Below are positions 19,267 to 30,305 of a DNA stretch of 64,000 nucleotides, one piece after another. The DNA lies in contig JAYKGY010000021.1 in NCBI GenBank assembly GCA_035285545.1, forward strand, positions 1-64,000, read 5' to 3'. The notes under the pieces were generated by a model, which was not told where the DNA came from, did not search any database, and was given only the letters and a program-made list of their open reading frames with translations. The stretch's first letter is position 1, and every line of letters starts with the position of its first letter. The position numbers were made by a program, and so were the translations under genes. Source of the stretch: Snowella sp. (lineage in GTDB: Bacteria > Cyanobacteriota > Cyanobacteriia > Cyanobacteriales > Microcystaceae).

Positions 19267-20832
19267 TCAAGAACGATGCTCTTCAATAACTTGTGTTAAC
19301 CAGGGGGAAAGCTCTTTTTTCAAACGACCTGATCGTACAAATTCGGCATAGGTATCCGCTTCAATGGCAGAGAGTTCAGCAATTAGTTGTTCTGTGGTAA
19401 ATTCCTGAAGATTGGGGTATTCATTTTGCAATTGCTCAACTTGACTTTGTAAATTTTCGATTTCGCCTTTGACGAGGGAGCGTTGGTACTGATAAAACTC
19501 TGGGTTGATGCCTGGGCGTTGATCCGTTTCGTTGAGATATTGTAAGACTCGATTTAAGGCAGCTTGACGGGCTAAAATTTCTAAAAACTCTAGCTTTAGC
19601 GGTTGGTCACCTAAAAGATTCAATTTCTTCAGTAATGGCTTTACTGTTAAACCTTGCACCAATAAGGTAAACAACACCACACCAAACACGGTGGCAATAA
19701 TAGCTTCTCGCTCCGGCAAAATGGCAGGCACACTTAAGGCCAAGGCAATGGAAACTGAACCTCGTAAACCGCCCCAACATAAAGCCGTTTGCTCAGATAA
19801 AGGAATTGCCGAGGGGCTGACGCGATTACTGATAAAACCTAACCCATAAATGGCGATCGCCCGTGTAACCAACATTCCGGCAATCGTAACGGCAATGGTA
19901 TCCAAGGTCTGGCTTAAAACCGCAAAATGAATTTGATCCCCGATTAATAAAAACACAATCGAGTTGACAAAAAAAGCCAGAAACTCCCAAAATTCCGTCA
20001 CAATAATGCGAGTACGGGGATTCATGCCAATTCGAGAACCAAAATTCCCTAAAATTAACCCCGTTGTCACTGTCGCAATAACCCCTGAGCCGCCTAAATC
20101 TTCCGCAATTAAATAGGTCGCATAGGCAGAAATTAAGGTTAAGGACTGTTCAACCAACGGAAGATCAAATCGTTGAGTGAGATAGGAAATCCCAAAGCCA
20201 ATTAAGCCCCCAACCCCAATGCCAACTCCCACCACGGTCAAGAAACTTGCACCAATCGTTTGTAAGTTCACCGTTGCAGTTCCTAAGGCAAAAGTTGCGA
20301 TAAAACCAAAGGAAACAACTGCCATGCCATCATTAAATAAACTTTCTCCCTCCATCACCGTTAATAACCGTTTGTCAACGCCCAATTCCCGAAAAAGAGC
20401 CGTGACGGAAATGGGATCGGTTGCCGATAAACTCGCGCCCACTAATAAAGCAGTGGTTAAGGACATAGCAGTAAATTGACTAAGGCCAAAGGCGACTCCG
20501 GCAATGGAAATGACAACTCCGACAATGGCGTAGAGGGTAATGGGAAAAAAATTCTTTTGTAAATCGGGCCAATGTAAATTCCAAGCCGATTCAAACAATA
20601 GGGGGGGAAGGAAAATAAATAGAATTAATTCCGGGGATAAATTGACTAATCGCACATCGACAATCGCTAATCCTAAGCCGACAATGACTAATAAGAGGGT
20701 ATAGGGAATATGACGAAACCAACTAAAAATTCTTGGCAGGGTGGCTACACTTAACGAAACGGAAAGAACTAACAGAAATTGTTTAATATTTTCTTCAATG
20801 CCAACTTGGTGAATACTTGCCTCCAGTGCCAT
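19267..20832 (-). CDS. nhaS1: CPA1/NhaP-type Na+/H+ antiporter (NhaS1-like)
   Basis: FLPPLLFE, SATDP, EGESLFNDG and GGLRG. Confidence 0.88.
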   Translation of the reverse strand: MALEASIHQVGIEENIKQFLLVLSVSLSVATLPRIFSWFRHIPYTLLLVIVGLGLAIVDVRLVNLSPELILFIFLPPLLFESAWNLHWPDLQKNFFPITLYAIVGVVISIAGVAFGLSQFTAMSLTTALLVGASLSATDPISVTALFRELGVDKRLLTVMEGESLFNDGMAVVSFGFIATFALGTATVNLQTIGASFLTVVGVGIGVGGLIGFGISYLTQRFDLPLVEQSLTLISAYATYLIAEDLGGSGVIATVTTGLILGNFGSRIGMNPRTRIIVTEFWEFLAFFVNSIVFLLIGDQIHFAVLSQTLDTIAVTIAGMLVTRAIAIYGLGFISNRVSPSAIPLSEQTALCWGGLRGSVSIALALSVPAILPEREAIIATVFGVVLFTLLVQGLTVKPLLKKLNLLGDQPLKLEFLEILARQAALNRVLQYLNETDQRPGINPEFYQYQRSLVKGEIENLQSQVEQLQNEYPNLQEFTTEQLIAELSAIEADTYAEFVRSGRLKKELSPWLTQVIEEHRS

Positions 20833-21456
20833 AGGGTTATGCCTGTTGAAAGTGTGAATGAAATTTTATTATCTTATTATGATGAATCAGAAACGCGATC
20901 GCCCAGTTTTCACCATTCCACAAGTAGTTAAAACACACTTTAGGGCAAATATCAGCAGTTTTGTTAAATTCAAGGACGCGATCGCTGAAAATTGGCTTAA
21001 GATTCAGTAACAGACAATCTCAAAAAGGCAGCTAGTGCATATTGCCCAAATATGTCAACACAATACCATTTGTTTATCGATAACTCCACCGTCACTCGTT
21101 ATCTGGGTACTGATATTAAAGTAAGTTGCATATACTCTAAATTTTTGATACAAAATCAATCCTTATTTTTTAAAGAATTTTTAAAGACAAAATAAAGTTT
21201 TCTCTGGTTAAAACGGCCCGCTGAAAAATCTTTTAAAATGTTAGGTATATCATACTTTTCTAGTGATTTGCATCACTTCTTTTTAGTGCTTTCTCAATTA
21301 TCCTAGAGATTAATCGAATAAATATCTTAATTAATTTATCAATTTTAAAAATTTTTAGCGTAATTAATTGAAATAAAACAATAATTTTGATCTTTTTGTT
21401 GATTTTTACGGAAAACTCTAAACTCAAGCCTTAAATATAATCGAATCAGCAAGAAA

Positions 21457-22284
21457 ATGGCCTATAATATCTCCAAAAATCTTTTTTTAATCACAAATTT
21501 TGCCAAGCTTCCAGCAAAATTAGAAATAGGCTTACTGAGTCTCACGGTTGCAGCACTAATCGGCTCTGCTCTCACTCAGGATTACCGTTATTTAGCCGTA
21601 CCAACAGTTACTAACTTATCTTTTTGTTTGCAAAAATCAAGAGAAAATCACGCTAAAAATACCTCCGATCAATCCAATACAGATCCCCAACTTCAAGCCT
21701 TAGAAGAAGCGAATGCATCTTTAAAAAAGACGCTGAAATCCTATTCTTTAATAGATAGTCGCTTAAGAAGTCGTCGCGCTCTCATCGATGCTTTAAAACA
21801 AGCTAATCGTTATGTCGTACTCGTCTGCCCTTGGATAACAGACTATGCTTTAGATCAGGAGCTAAGATCTTTAATAGAATCTCTACTTAATAAGGGAATT
21901 TGTCTATACATCGGATGGGGAAGTCTAAAGGATGTCAATAATGATCCGCAAAAACTCAATAGAGATTGTTTGTTAAAATCAGCTAGCTCCCACTATAAAG
22001 GCATTTTTTATTTAGAAAAACTTCAATCCCAATATCCAAAGCAGATATTTACAACGGTTTTAGGTACTCATGAAAATTGCTGGATCGTAGATGGCAAAAT
22101 TGCTTTTATTGGTAGTTTTAATTTTTTGAAATCAGGTGTTAATAGCACTGAGCGAGAATTGGGTGTTATGACAAAAGATGAAGATTTTATTATTCACTTA
22201 TTAGGACTGTACTACCAATCATTAGGGATTAGCTTAAATAAACTGAGTGAATCTCAAAAGGTCAAAATTAAGCTGCTAGTGTAA
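21457..22284 (+). CDS. Membrane-anchored phospholipase D-like domain protein with variant HKD motif
   Basis: N-terminal TM and coiled coil; LVCPW..GTHENCWIVD..IGSFNFL..ERELG. Confidence 0.8.
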   Translation: MAYNISKNLFLITNFAKLPAKLEIGLLSLTVAALIGSALTQDYRYLAVPTVTNLSFCLQKSRENHAKNTSDQSNTDPQLQALEEANASLKKTLKSYSLIDSRLRSRRALIDALKQANRYVVLVCPWITDYALDQELRSLIESLLNKGICLYIGWGSLKDVNNDPQKLNRDCLLKSASSHYKGIFYLEKLQSQYPKQIFTTVLGTHENCWIVDGKIAFIGSFNFLKSGVNSTERELGVMTKDEDFIIHLLGLYYQSLGISLNKLSESQKVKIKLLV

Positions 22285-22677
22285 AAAAATCAAAGAAGTA
22301 GTCGAAAAATTGTTAAGGTTAGCTATTCATTATCTAATCTCATCAGGACATCTTCGCAATTATTTTATTCACTGTGGCTATTGTCCCTCTTGATTCTGCA
22401 AAGTGCTGTATCTTCAATATTTACCAACTGAAGGACACTCTGTAGGGTGATGCGCGTTCCTTCTATGCAGGGTTTTCCAATGTTATCAAAGAATCACAAG
22501 ATGGGTTTCTTTTAGCGCGATCGCTGAGCTTGTAGGGGCGTTACTCTCTGATTACCCTATTGGCAGGAGGCGATAACAAGACTCAGGAATGAGACATGAA
22601 TCTGTAAAAAAAAGCTATTATATTCTTCCCAGCCTGAAATCTTGTAAGCTACTAAAGGAGGATTATGGGAATTTTAT

Positions 22678-23802
22678 ATGCTAAGTTCCTTTGAGATAAG
22701 TAATTTTAGGCTTTTCCAACATTTAGAAGTTGAAAAGTTGAGTCGGGTCAACTTAGTAGTTGGCAAAAATAACGCTGGAAAGAGTACGTTCCTTGAAGCC
22801 GTAGAGCTTTATGCTAGCAATGCTTCTACTACTCTCCTCCTTGATCTTATAGAGGCTAGACAGGAATCGTGGTTTAGTGAAGCTCACCCTTTTTCTGAAA
22901 ATTTCCTAAGCAATCCCGTCAGGCATCTTTTCTTCGGATATCGTTTACCTATGATAGGGGAAGTAGGTATTTCTCTCGGAGAAGTTTCCTCAAATAAAAA
23001 GATTCATATTACTACGGCTGCTTATCAGGATAAAATTGATGACGAAGGCAACATACGCAGAACTCGTTTATCAAATTCTCAAATTGATGAAGAGATTTCT
23101 GATATTGAGTTTTTTTTGATAGCAGAAGAAGGCGAGAAAACTAGAAGGCTCTTCAGATTAAATAGGGACTTGAGAGATGCTCGGCGAAGTAATAGAATTA
23201 TCTACGGTCGGCAAGAATCAGAGGTTAAATACACTTGGCAGATTGTCTCAACAAATAATATGCCTAATCATAAGTTAGCCGCGCTTTGGGATTTAACGGG
23301 TTTGACAAATTTAGGATCTGAAGTAATTTCTGCTCTTGGTTTGATTGATAATCGAGTTTCCAATATTGCTTTTGTAGAGGATATTAGCAGAGGCCGGTCA
23401 AGTGATAACCGGATTCCTCTAGTCAAAATTGAAGGAATAAATGAACCTTTACCCCTTAAAAGCATGGGGGATGGGATAACTCGCTTATTCCACATAATTG
23501 TTGCGCTCGTTAATGCTCAAAATGGGCTTCTCTTAATTGATGAATTTGAAAATGGACTGCATTGGAGCGTTCAACCAAAAGTTTGGGATATTGTTTTTCG
23601 ATTGTCAGAAAGATTAAATGTCCAAGTTTTTGCAACTACTCATAGTCGCGATTGTATAGAAGGATTTGACAGTGCTTGGAATAATTACCCTGAACTGGGA
23701 GCTTTCTTTCGGCTTGACGTAAAAGATGATTATATAAGAGCAACCGAGTACACTTCTGAGACTCTGACTGATGCTATTGACATGGATGTAGAAGTTCGGT
23801 GA
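22678..23802 (+). CDS. ABC-type ATPase (AAA_15/AAA_21 class), putative defence ATPase
   Basis: Walker A GKNNAGKST, signature SMGDG, Walker B LLLIDEFENGLH and H-loop TTHS. Confidence 0.9.
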   Translation: MLSSFEISNFRLFQHLEVEKLSRVNLVVGKNNAGKSTFLEAVELYASNASTTLLLDLIEARQESWFSEAHPFSENFLSNPVRHLFFGYRLPMIGEVGISLGEVSSNKKIHITTAAYQDKIDDEGNIRRTRLSNSQIDEEISDIEFFLIAEEGEKTRRLFRLNRDLRDARRSNRIIYGRQESEVKYTWQIVSTNNMPNHKLAALWDLTGLTNLGSEVISALGLIDNRVSNIAFVEDISRGRSSDNRIPLVKIEGINEPLPLKSMGDGITRLFHIIVALVNAQNGLLLIDEFENGLHWSVQPKVWDIVFRLSERLNVQVFATTHSRDCIEGFDSAWNNYPELGAFFRLDVKDDYIRATEYTSETLTDAIDMDVEVR

Positions 23803-24446
23803 GCAACATGAGTGATGTTTGTAAACAAGATACGGATAAAGTTCTGCTAGTTGAAGGAGATAATGATTGTCACGTTGTTATGTCCTTGTGTAAAGCTCAC
23901 ACTGTTCCTCAAACTTTTGGTATATATCAATGTGGCTCAGACACAGGAGTTCTCAAGCGGTTAAATGCTCTCATTACGAGATCTAATCCTCCCCAAGTAA
24001 TTGGTGTGATGCTTGATGCCGATAATCCTTCTATCACAAGTAGGTGGGACAGCATAAAAAGTAAGTTAAGGCATTATAGTGGTTATTCACTTCCTCAAAA
24101 TCCTGATTCTGATGGCACAGTAATTCAAGGGACTTTGAATATACCTAAGTTAGGATTCTGGCTTATGCCCAATAATCAAGATTCTGGAATGCTGGAAGAC
24201 TTTTGTGCAGAGCTTGCTGAACCAGTATCCCTAGCGTTTGCAAGAGAATGTGTTGAACAGGCACAATTAAGGGGTACAACAACTTTTAAAGCAGTTCATC
24301 GTAGTAAAGCAATTATCCATACATATCTTGCTTGGCAAGATGAACCAGGTTATCCATTAGGTAGATCAATCACAACACAAGCTCTTCGTCCTCACACAGA
24401 CATTGCAGTAAAATTTACTAACTGGTTAACCACTTTGTTTGCATAA
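23799..24446 (+). CDS. DUF3226-like TOPRIM-fold protein coupled to the ATPase
   Basis: LLVEGDND, VMLDAD and GMLEDF; GTGA overlap with the ATPase stop. Confidence 0.8.
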   Translation: MSNMSDVCKQDTDKVLLVEGDNDCHVVMSLCKAHTVPQTFGIYQCGSDTGVLKRLNALITRSNPPQVIGVMLDADNPSITSRWDSIKSKLRHYSGYSLPQNPDSDGTVIQGTLNIPKLGFWLMPNNQDSGMLEDFCAELAEPVSLAFARECVEQAQLRGTTTFKAVHRSKAIIHTYLAWQDEPGYPLGRSITTQALRPHTDIAVKFTNWLTTLFA

Positions 24447-24589
24447 ATCTTAAACAATCGGCTCTTAATAACCAATTTAGGTGAGGACGTACTCCAAGGG
24501 TAAAAAAATAGAAGGTTTCAAAGATTCTTTTGTTCAAGAGATTGATCGAAATATCTTAACAAAAACTTAGACCAATCAATAACTCGCAT

Positions 24590-25015
24590 TCATAAAAATA
24601 AAAACAGCATGAAAGCTTGTTTGATAATTGAATCTTGATCAACCATTGTTTTTAATGTTGAAGCATCATAAATTCCGCCAAACGCTTCTAAAGCCGCATT
24701 ATCTAAAGCACGCTGAAAAGCTTCCCTTAAGGTTTCTTCTAATTCTTGGGGAGCTAAATAATAGCCACCCGCTTTGCGACGTTTATTAATTCGCTCAATC
24801 GAATCCGTTGCATTACGGATAGAGACATCCCAAGAATGGGTCGTTCTTTTTTCTGCTTGTTGTTTAATCAGATGAACTAACAATACAATACAATAACTAT
24901 AAATCTTGTTGATTTTATCTTCCTTGCTCATTTCCTCCATTTCATCAATTAAAGATAGGGCCGCTTCTACGTTGCCAGCTATCACAAACTGCTTTAATTC
25001 CAGTAATTCTTCCAT
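24590..25015 (-). CDS. DUF29 family protein (second subtype)
   Basis: EMEEMSKEDKINKIYS..LLVHLIKQQAEKRTTHSW. Confidence 0.8.
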   Translation of the reverse strand: MEELLELKQFVIAGNVEAALSLIDEMEEMSKEDKINKIYSYCIVLLVHLIKQQAEKRTTHSWDVSIRNATDSIERINKRRKAGGYYLAPQELEETLREAFQRALDNAALEAFGGIYDASTLKTMVDQDSIIKQAFMLFLFL

Positions 25016-25094
25016 TGCTTTTAGTTTCCTAATTGCTCAAATTTAAGGAAATCAACGATCCTTATTTTTAGCATCCTTAAAACTTAATTCCAAT

Positions 25095-25472
25095 TTAGCT
25101 TTTTGCTTTTTGAGCTTGAAATTTTTCCCAAGCGGCTTCTTTTCCCTGTGGCGCAGGCAATTGGTTAATTCTATGCTTTAAAGCTTGATTTTGCTCTTGA
25201 TAATAGTTCTGTAAATCTTCTGCTTCTTTCAAAACCTGTTGATATTCAGTTTCTACCTCAGCAGAATGATCAGCAATGTAAGCCAGAGCGACGTTTATTT
25301 GTTCATCCGTTAACCCCAAAATAGAAGCGATAAAGGGCGCAGGATATTGAGCTTTAACATAATCTAAAACATCGTACAGGGTGATACGAGTTCCTGAAAT
25401 ACTCAAACCACGCTCAGTAGCAATGATTTGACTTTTTTTGATAGATACTGAAGTCATAGAATAAATTCCCAT
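25095..25472 (-). CDS. DUF433 family antitoxin-like protein (orphan)
   Basis: ISGTRITLYDV..LTDEQINVALAY. Confidence 0.85.
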   Translation of the reverse strand: MGIYSMTSVSIKKSQIIATERGLSISGTRITLYDVLDYVKAQYPAPFIASILGLTDEQINVALAYIADHSAEVETEYQQVLKEAEDLQNYYQEQNQALKHRINQLPAPQGKEAAWEKFQAQKAKS

Positions 25473-25560
25473 TTCTGAGGAGCGTACTTGTAGCCTATCA
25501 TCCTAATTAATCTTTGGCTAATTAATTAAAATGAAAAGATGGGCTTAAGAAAAATTAAAT

Positions 25561-26691
25561 TTAACGTCCTAGAGTTAACTCTTCTTTTTTACCTAAAATG
25601 CCTTGAGGTCGCCAAACCATTAAGACCATTAAAATTAAACCGATGACCATAATCCGAAAAGCACCAATTTGGCTTTGGTCGAACCAACCTAACTGGGGTA
25701 AAAAAGAACGGGTTAAGGCATCATAGGCCCAGAAAATAATCGCGCCTAAAATGGTTCCTGCATTACTCCCTGAACCACCCAAAACAACAATAATCCATGC
25801 ATTAAAGGTTAATAACGGCTCAAAGTTATTGGGATAAATGGTTGTTAGTTGCCAGGCGAAAAAGCTCCCTGCAATTCCCGCGATCGCGCCCCCTAACATA
25901 AAGGACTGAAGCTTATACCAAAACACATTTTTTCCTAACGCTTTGGGGATTTCCTCATCTTCTCGAATTGCCTTTAAAATCCGTCCCCAGGGTGAATTAA
26001 CTACAAATTCTAAACCCGTATAAATGAGAGCTAACATTCCCAAAGTTAATAACATTAACCCCGCTTTGTAGCTGTAGTTATAAAGGGAAATAACCCCTGG
26101 AATATAGGCAAATAAAATTAAAACAGTGGCGATAATCCCCCAGGTAATTAATGCCGCAGGTTTGCGGGGTTGAAAGCTTTTTTTTGTGATTGATTGGCTT
26201 TCTTTCCACTGACGTGATAAGCTCCGCCATAATAACCATTCTGCATAGACAGCCAGGAAAGTTAATAAAGCAATAAAAATCAATTTAACGAATAAATTCG
26301 GCTCAAAATCAAAGGGTAAGGGATAACGCTGAACCCCAAACGCCCCTTTAGTAATTTCTTCTTCATTAAGAGCAACCAGACGAACTAACTCCGATACCCC
26401 AATGGTGACGATCGCAAGATAATCTTCCCGCAGCCGTAGGGTAGACGTACCAATTAATAAGCCCAGTAGGGAGGATAAAACGATACCGACAATGACCGAA
26501 ATAATTAAGGGAACACCTTGTAGGGTTAACAACGCAGTTGCATAGGCTCCGATGGTCATAAATGCCACATGGCCAAAATTAATTAGCCCCGTAAAGCCCC
26601 ATTGCAGATTGAGTCCCAAGGCAAAAATGGCATATATCGCCGTCGAAGTCAGCAAAAAGATGAGATAACCACTACTGGAGAACAGATCCAT
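25561..26691 (-). CDS. natC: Branched-chain/neutral amino acid ABC permease (LivM/NatC)
   Basis: GLNLQWGFTGLINFGH, LRLREDYLAI and AIREDE. Confidence 0.88.
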   Translation of the reverse strand: MDLFSSSGYLIFLLTSTAIYAIFALGLNLQWGFTGLINFGHVAFMTIGAYATALLTLQGVPLIISVIVGIVLSSLLGLLIGTSTLRLREDYLAIVTIGVSELVRLVALNEEEITKGAFGVQRYPLPFDFEPNLFVKLIFIALLTFLAVYAEWLLWRSLSRQWKESQSITKKSFQPRKPAALITWGIIATVLILFAYIPGVISLYNYSYKAGLMLLTLGMLALIYTGLEFVVNSPWGRILKAIREDEEIPKALGKNVFWYKLQSFMLGGAIAGIAGSFFAWQLTTIYPNNFEPLLTFNAWIIVVLGGSGSNAGTILGAIIFWAYDALTRSFLPQLGWFDQSQIGAFRIMVIGLILMVLMVWRPQGILGKKEELTLGR

Positions 26692-26983
26692 AAAAATTGA
26701 GGCTACAAACGTTAACAGTTAGAACAGACCAATCCTGAATCGGTTGTTAGCATTTAGGGTATATCATTTTGGCGGCTAGTCCTAGCGATAGATGGGGATT
26801 GGTTCGACAAAGTTAGAATGATTGATGATTCTAAATTAATCTGGATTTGGCGATTTCAAGGACAAAAAAACTAAATCCCCCTGATTAATCAAGAGATATA
26901 TTTTACCCAGCTTAGGGATAAAAGCTAACTCTCGCCATAGCGGGGGATTAAAACAGCTTATAAAAAAGAAATGATTAAAGGGA

Positions 26984-28256
<1,273 letters not shown>

Positions 28257-28514
28257 TCAAAATAAAAGATAGTTTTGTCTGACCATACAATACCATCGAG
28301 CGGTTATTTGTGGTAAATCTTTCCTCCTCATTCAATAAATTATGCGGGTTTTAGGATTTATCTCAAAAATTAAGCCATTTAATTAATCCTATTAAAAATC
28401 ACGGCATTATTCATAAAACAATCCCTGTTTTAAAAAACTTAAAAGATTGCGCTAAAAATCCGTTAAACTGACATTACAGATTTATTCATTCCCCAAAAAA
28501 GGCGCGGAAATCCT

Positions 28515-30104
28515 ATGTCTCTCGGCTATGTTGCCCTCGTCCTTCATGCTCACTTACCCTTCGTCCGACACCCCGAAAGTGACTACGTGTTGGAAGAAGA
28601 ATGGCTCTATGAAGCGATTACCGAAACCTATATTCCTCTGTTGCATGTTTTTGAAGGATTAAAGCGAGACGGAATCGATTTCAAAATGACCATGAGCATG
28701 ACCCCGCCCCTGGTCTCCATGCTCCGAGATCCGCTCCTCCAAGACCGCTACGACGAACACCTCAGTAAATTACAAGAATTAATCGAAAAAGAAATTGAAC
28801 ATAATGAACATAATGGGCATCTTAAATATTTAGCGGAATATTACCAAAAAGAATTTGCTCTCGTCCGTCAAACCTGGGAACGCTGCGATCGCGATCTGGT
28901 TAAAGCCTTTAAACAATTCTTGGATTCCAATAACCTAGAAATTCTGACCTGTGGCGCGACTCACGGCTATTTTCCCTTAATGAAAATGTATCCCCAGGCC
29001 GTCTGGTCACAAATTAAGGTAGCCTGCGAACACTACGAAGAAAGCTTTGGTCGTCCCCCCAAAGGTATCTGGTTGCCCGAATGTGCCTACTTTGAAGGGG
29101 TAGAAAGAATGTTAGCCGATGCAGGCTTGCGTTACTTCCTCGTCGATGGTCATGGCATTTTATACGCCCGTCCCCGTCCCCGATTTGGAACCTATGCCCC
29201 CATTTTTACGGAAACAGGTGTGGCAGCCTTTGGCCGAGATCACGAATCCTCTCAACAAGTCTGGTCATCTCAAGTCGGCTATCCAGGCGATCCCGAATAT
29301 CGAGAATTTTATAAAGATTTGGGTTGGGAAGCAGAATACGAATACATCAAGCCCTACATCATGCCCAACGGCCAACGGAAAAATATTGGTATTAAGTACC
29401 ACAAGATCACCAGTCGCCAAGCAGGACTCTCTGATAAGGCCTTGTACGATCCCTATTGGGCAAAGGAAAAGGCCGCCGAACACGCCGCCAACTTTATGTA
29501 CAACCGCGAACGGCAGGTCGAACACCTAGCAGGAATGATGCAACGTCCGCCCATTGTGGTTTCTCCCTACGATGCCGAGCTATTTGGCCATTGGTGGTAC
29601 GAAGGCCCTTGGTTTATTGACTACCTTTTCCGTAAAGCTTGGTACGACCAAAACACCTTTGACATGACCCATCTGGCGGATTATCTACGAGCCAATCCCA
29701 CCCAGCAAGTCTGCCGTCCTTCCCAATCCAGTTGGGGTTATAAAGGATTTCATGAATATTGGTTAAACGATACCAACGCTTGGATTTATCCCCATTTACA
29801 CAAAGCGGCCGAACGCATGATCGAGATCAGTCACCGAGAAGCGGCCGATGAATTGGAAGAACGGGCCTTAAATCAAGCCGCACGGGAATTATTACTGGCT
29901 CAATCTTCTGACTGGGCTTTTATCATGCGAACCGGCACGATGGTTCCCTATGCAGTCCGCCGCACCCGTTCCCATTTACTGCGCTTTGATAAATTGTATG
30001 AAGATATTAAAGCCAATAAAGTTGATTCCGGTTGGTTGGTAAACGTAGAAGCAATGGATAATATTTTCCCCAATATTGATTACCGTGTTTATCGCCCGCT
30101 ATAA
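28515..30104 (+). CDS. GH57 family (DUF1957) glycoside hydrolase, branching-enzyme type
   Basis: HAHLP, WLPECAY, YDAELFGHWWYEG and AQSSDW. Confidence 0.93.
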   Translation: MSLGYVALVLHAHLPFVRHPESDYVLEEEWLYEAITETYIPLLHVFEGLKRDGIDFKMTMSMTPPLVSMLRDPLLQDRYDEHLSKLQELIEKEIEHNEHNGHLKYLAEYYQKEFALVRQTWERCDRDLVKAFKQFLDSNNLEILTCGATHGYFPLMKMYPQAVWSQIKVACEHYEESFGRPPKGIWLPECAYFEGVERMLADAGLRYFLVDGHGILYARPRPRFGTYAPIFTETGVAAFGRDHESSQQVWSSQVGYPGDPEYREFYKDLGWEAEYEYIKPYIMPNGQRKNIGIKYHKITSRQAGLSDKALYDPYWAKEKAAEHAANFMYNRERQVEHLAGMMQRPPIVVSPYDAELFGHWWYEGPWFIDYLFRKAWYDQNTFDMTHLADYLRANPTQQVCRPSQSSWGYKGFHEYWLNDTNAWIYPHLHKAAERMIEISHREAADELEERALNQAARELLLAQSSDWAFIMRTGTMVPYAVRRTRSHLLRFDKLYEDIKANKVDSGWLVNVEAMDNIFPNIDYRVYRPL

Positions 30105-30142
30105 CGTGATTTATGACAATATTTTGTTCAATATCTATTAAC

Positions 30143-30165
30143 AAGGGGTTAAATCCCCTTTTTTT
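30143..30165 (+). terminator. Intrinsic terminator
   Basis: AAGGGG-ttaaat-CCCCTT followed by a T run. Confidence 0.7.
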
Positions 30166-30305
30166 ATGAGGAATAAGCAAATTTTTACTTCTATGCTTTT
30201 ATATGCAAATTAATCAATCATTGTTATTTAAAGTTGTCGAGAAATTCGGTTGCAGAATGGAATAGATGACCCCGAAAATGCGACAATGATGGCTCATGTG
30301 TATAA

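Noticed and set aside
26874..26949. AATCCCCC...GGGGGATT inverted repeat downstream of frr
   Set aside because: Only 8 bp with a long spacer; may be a terminator or decayed repeat but cannot be supported.
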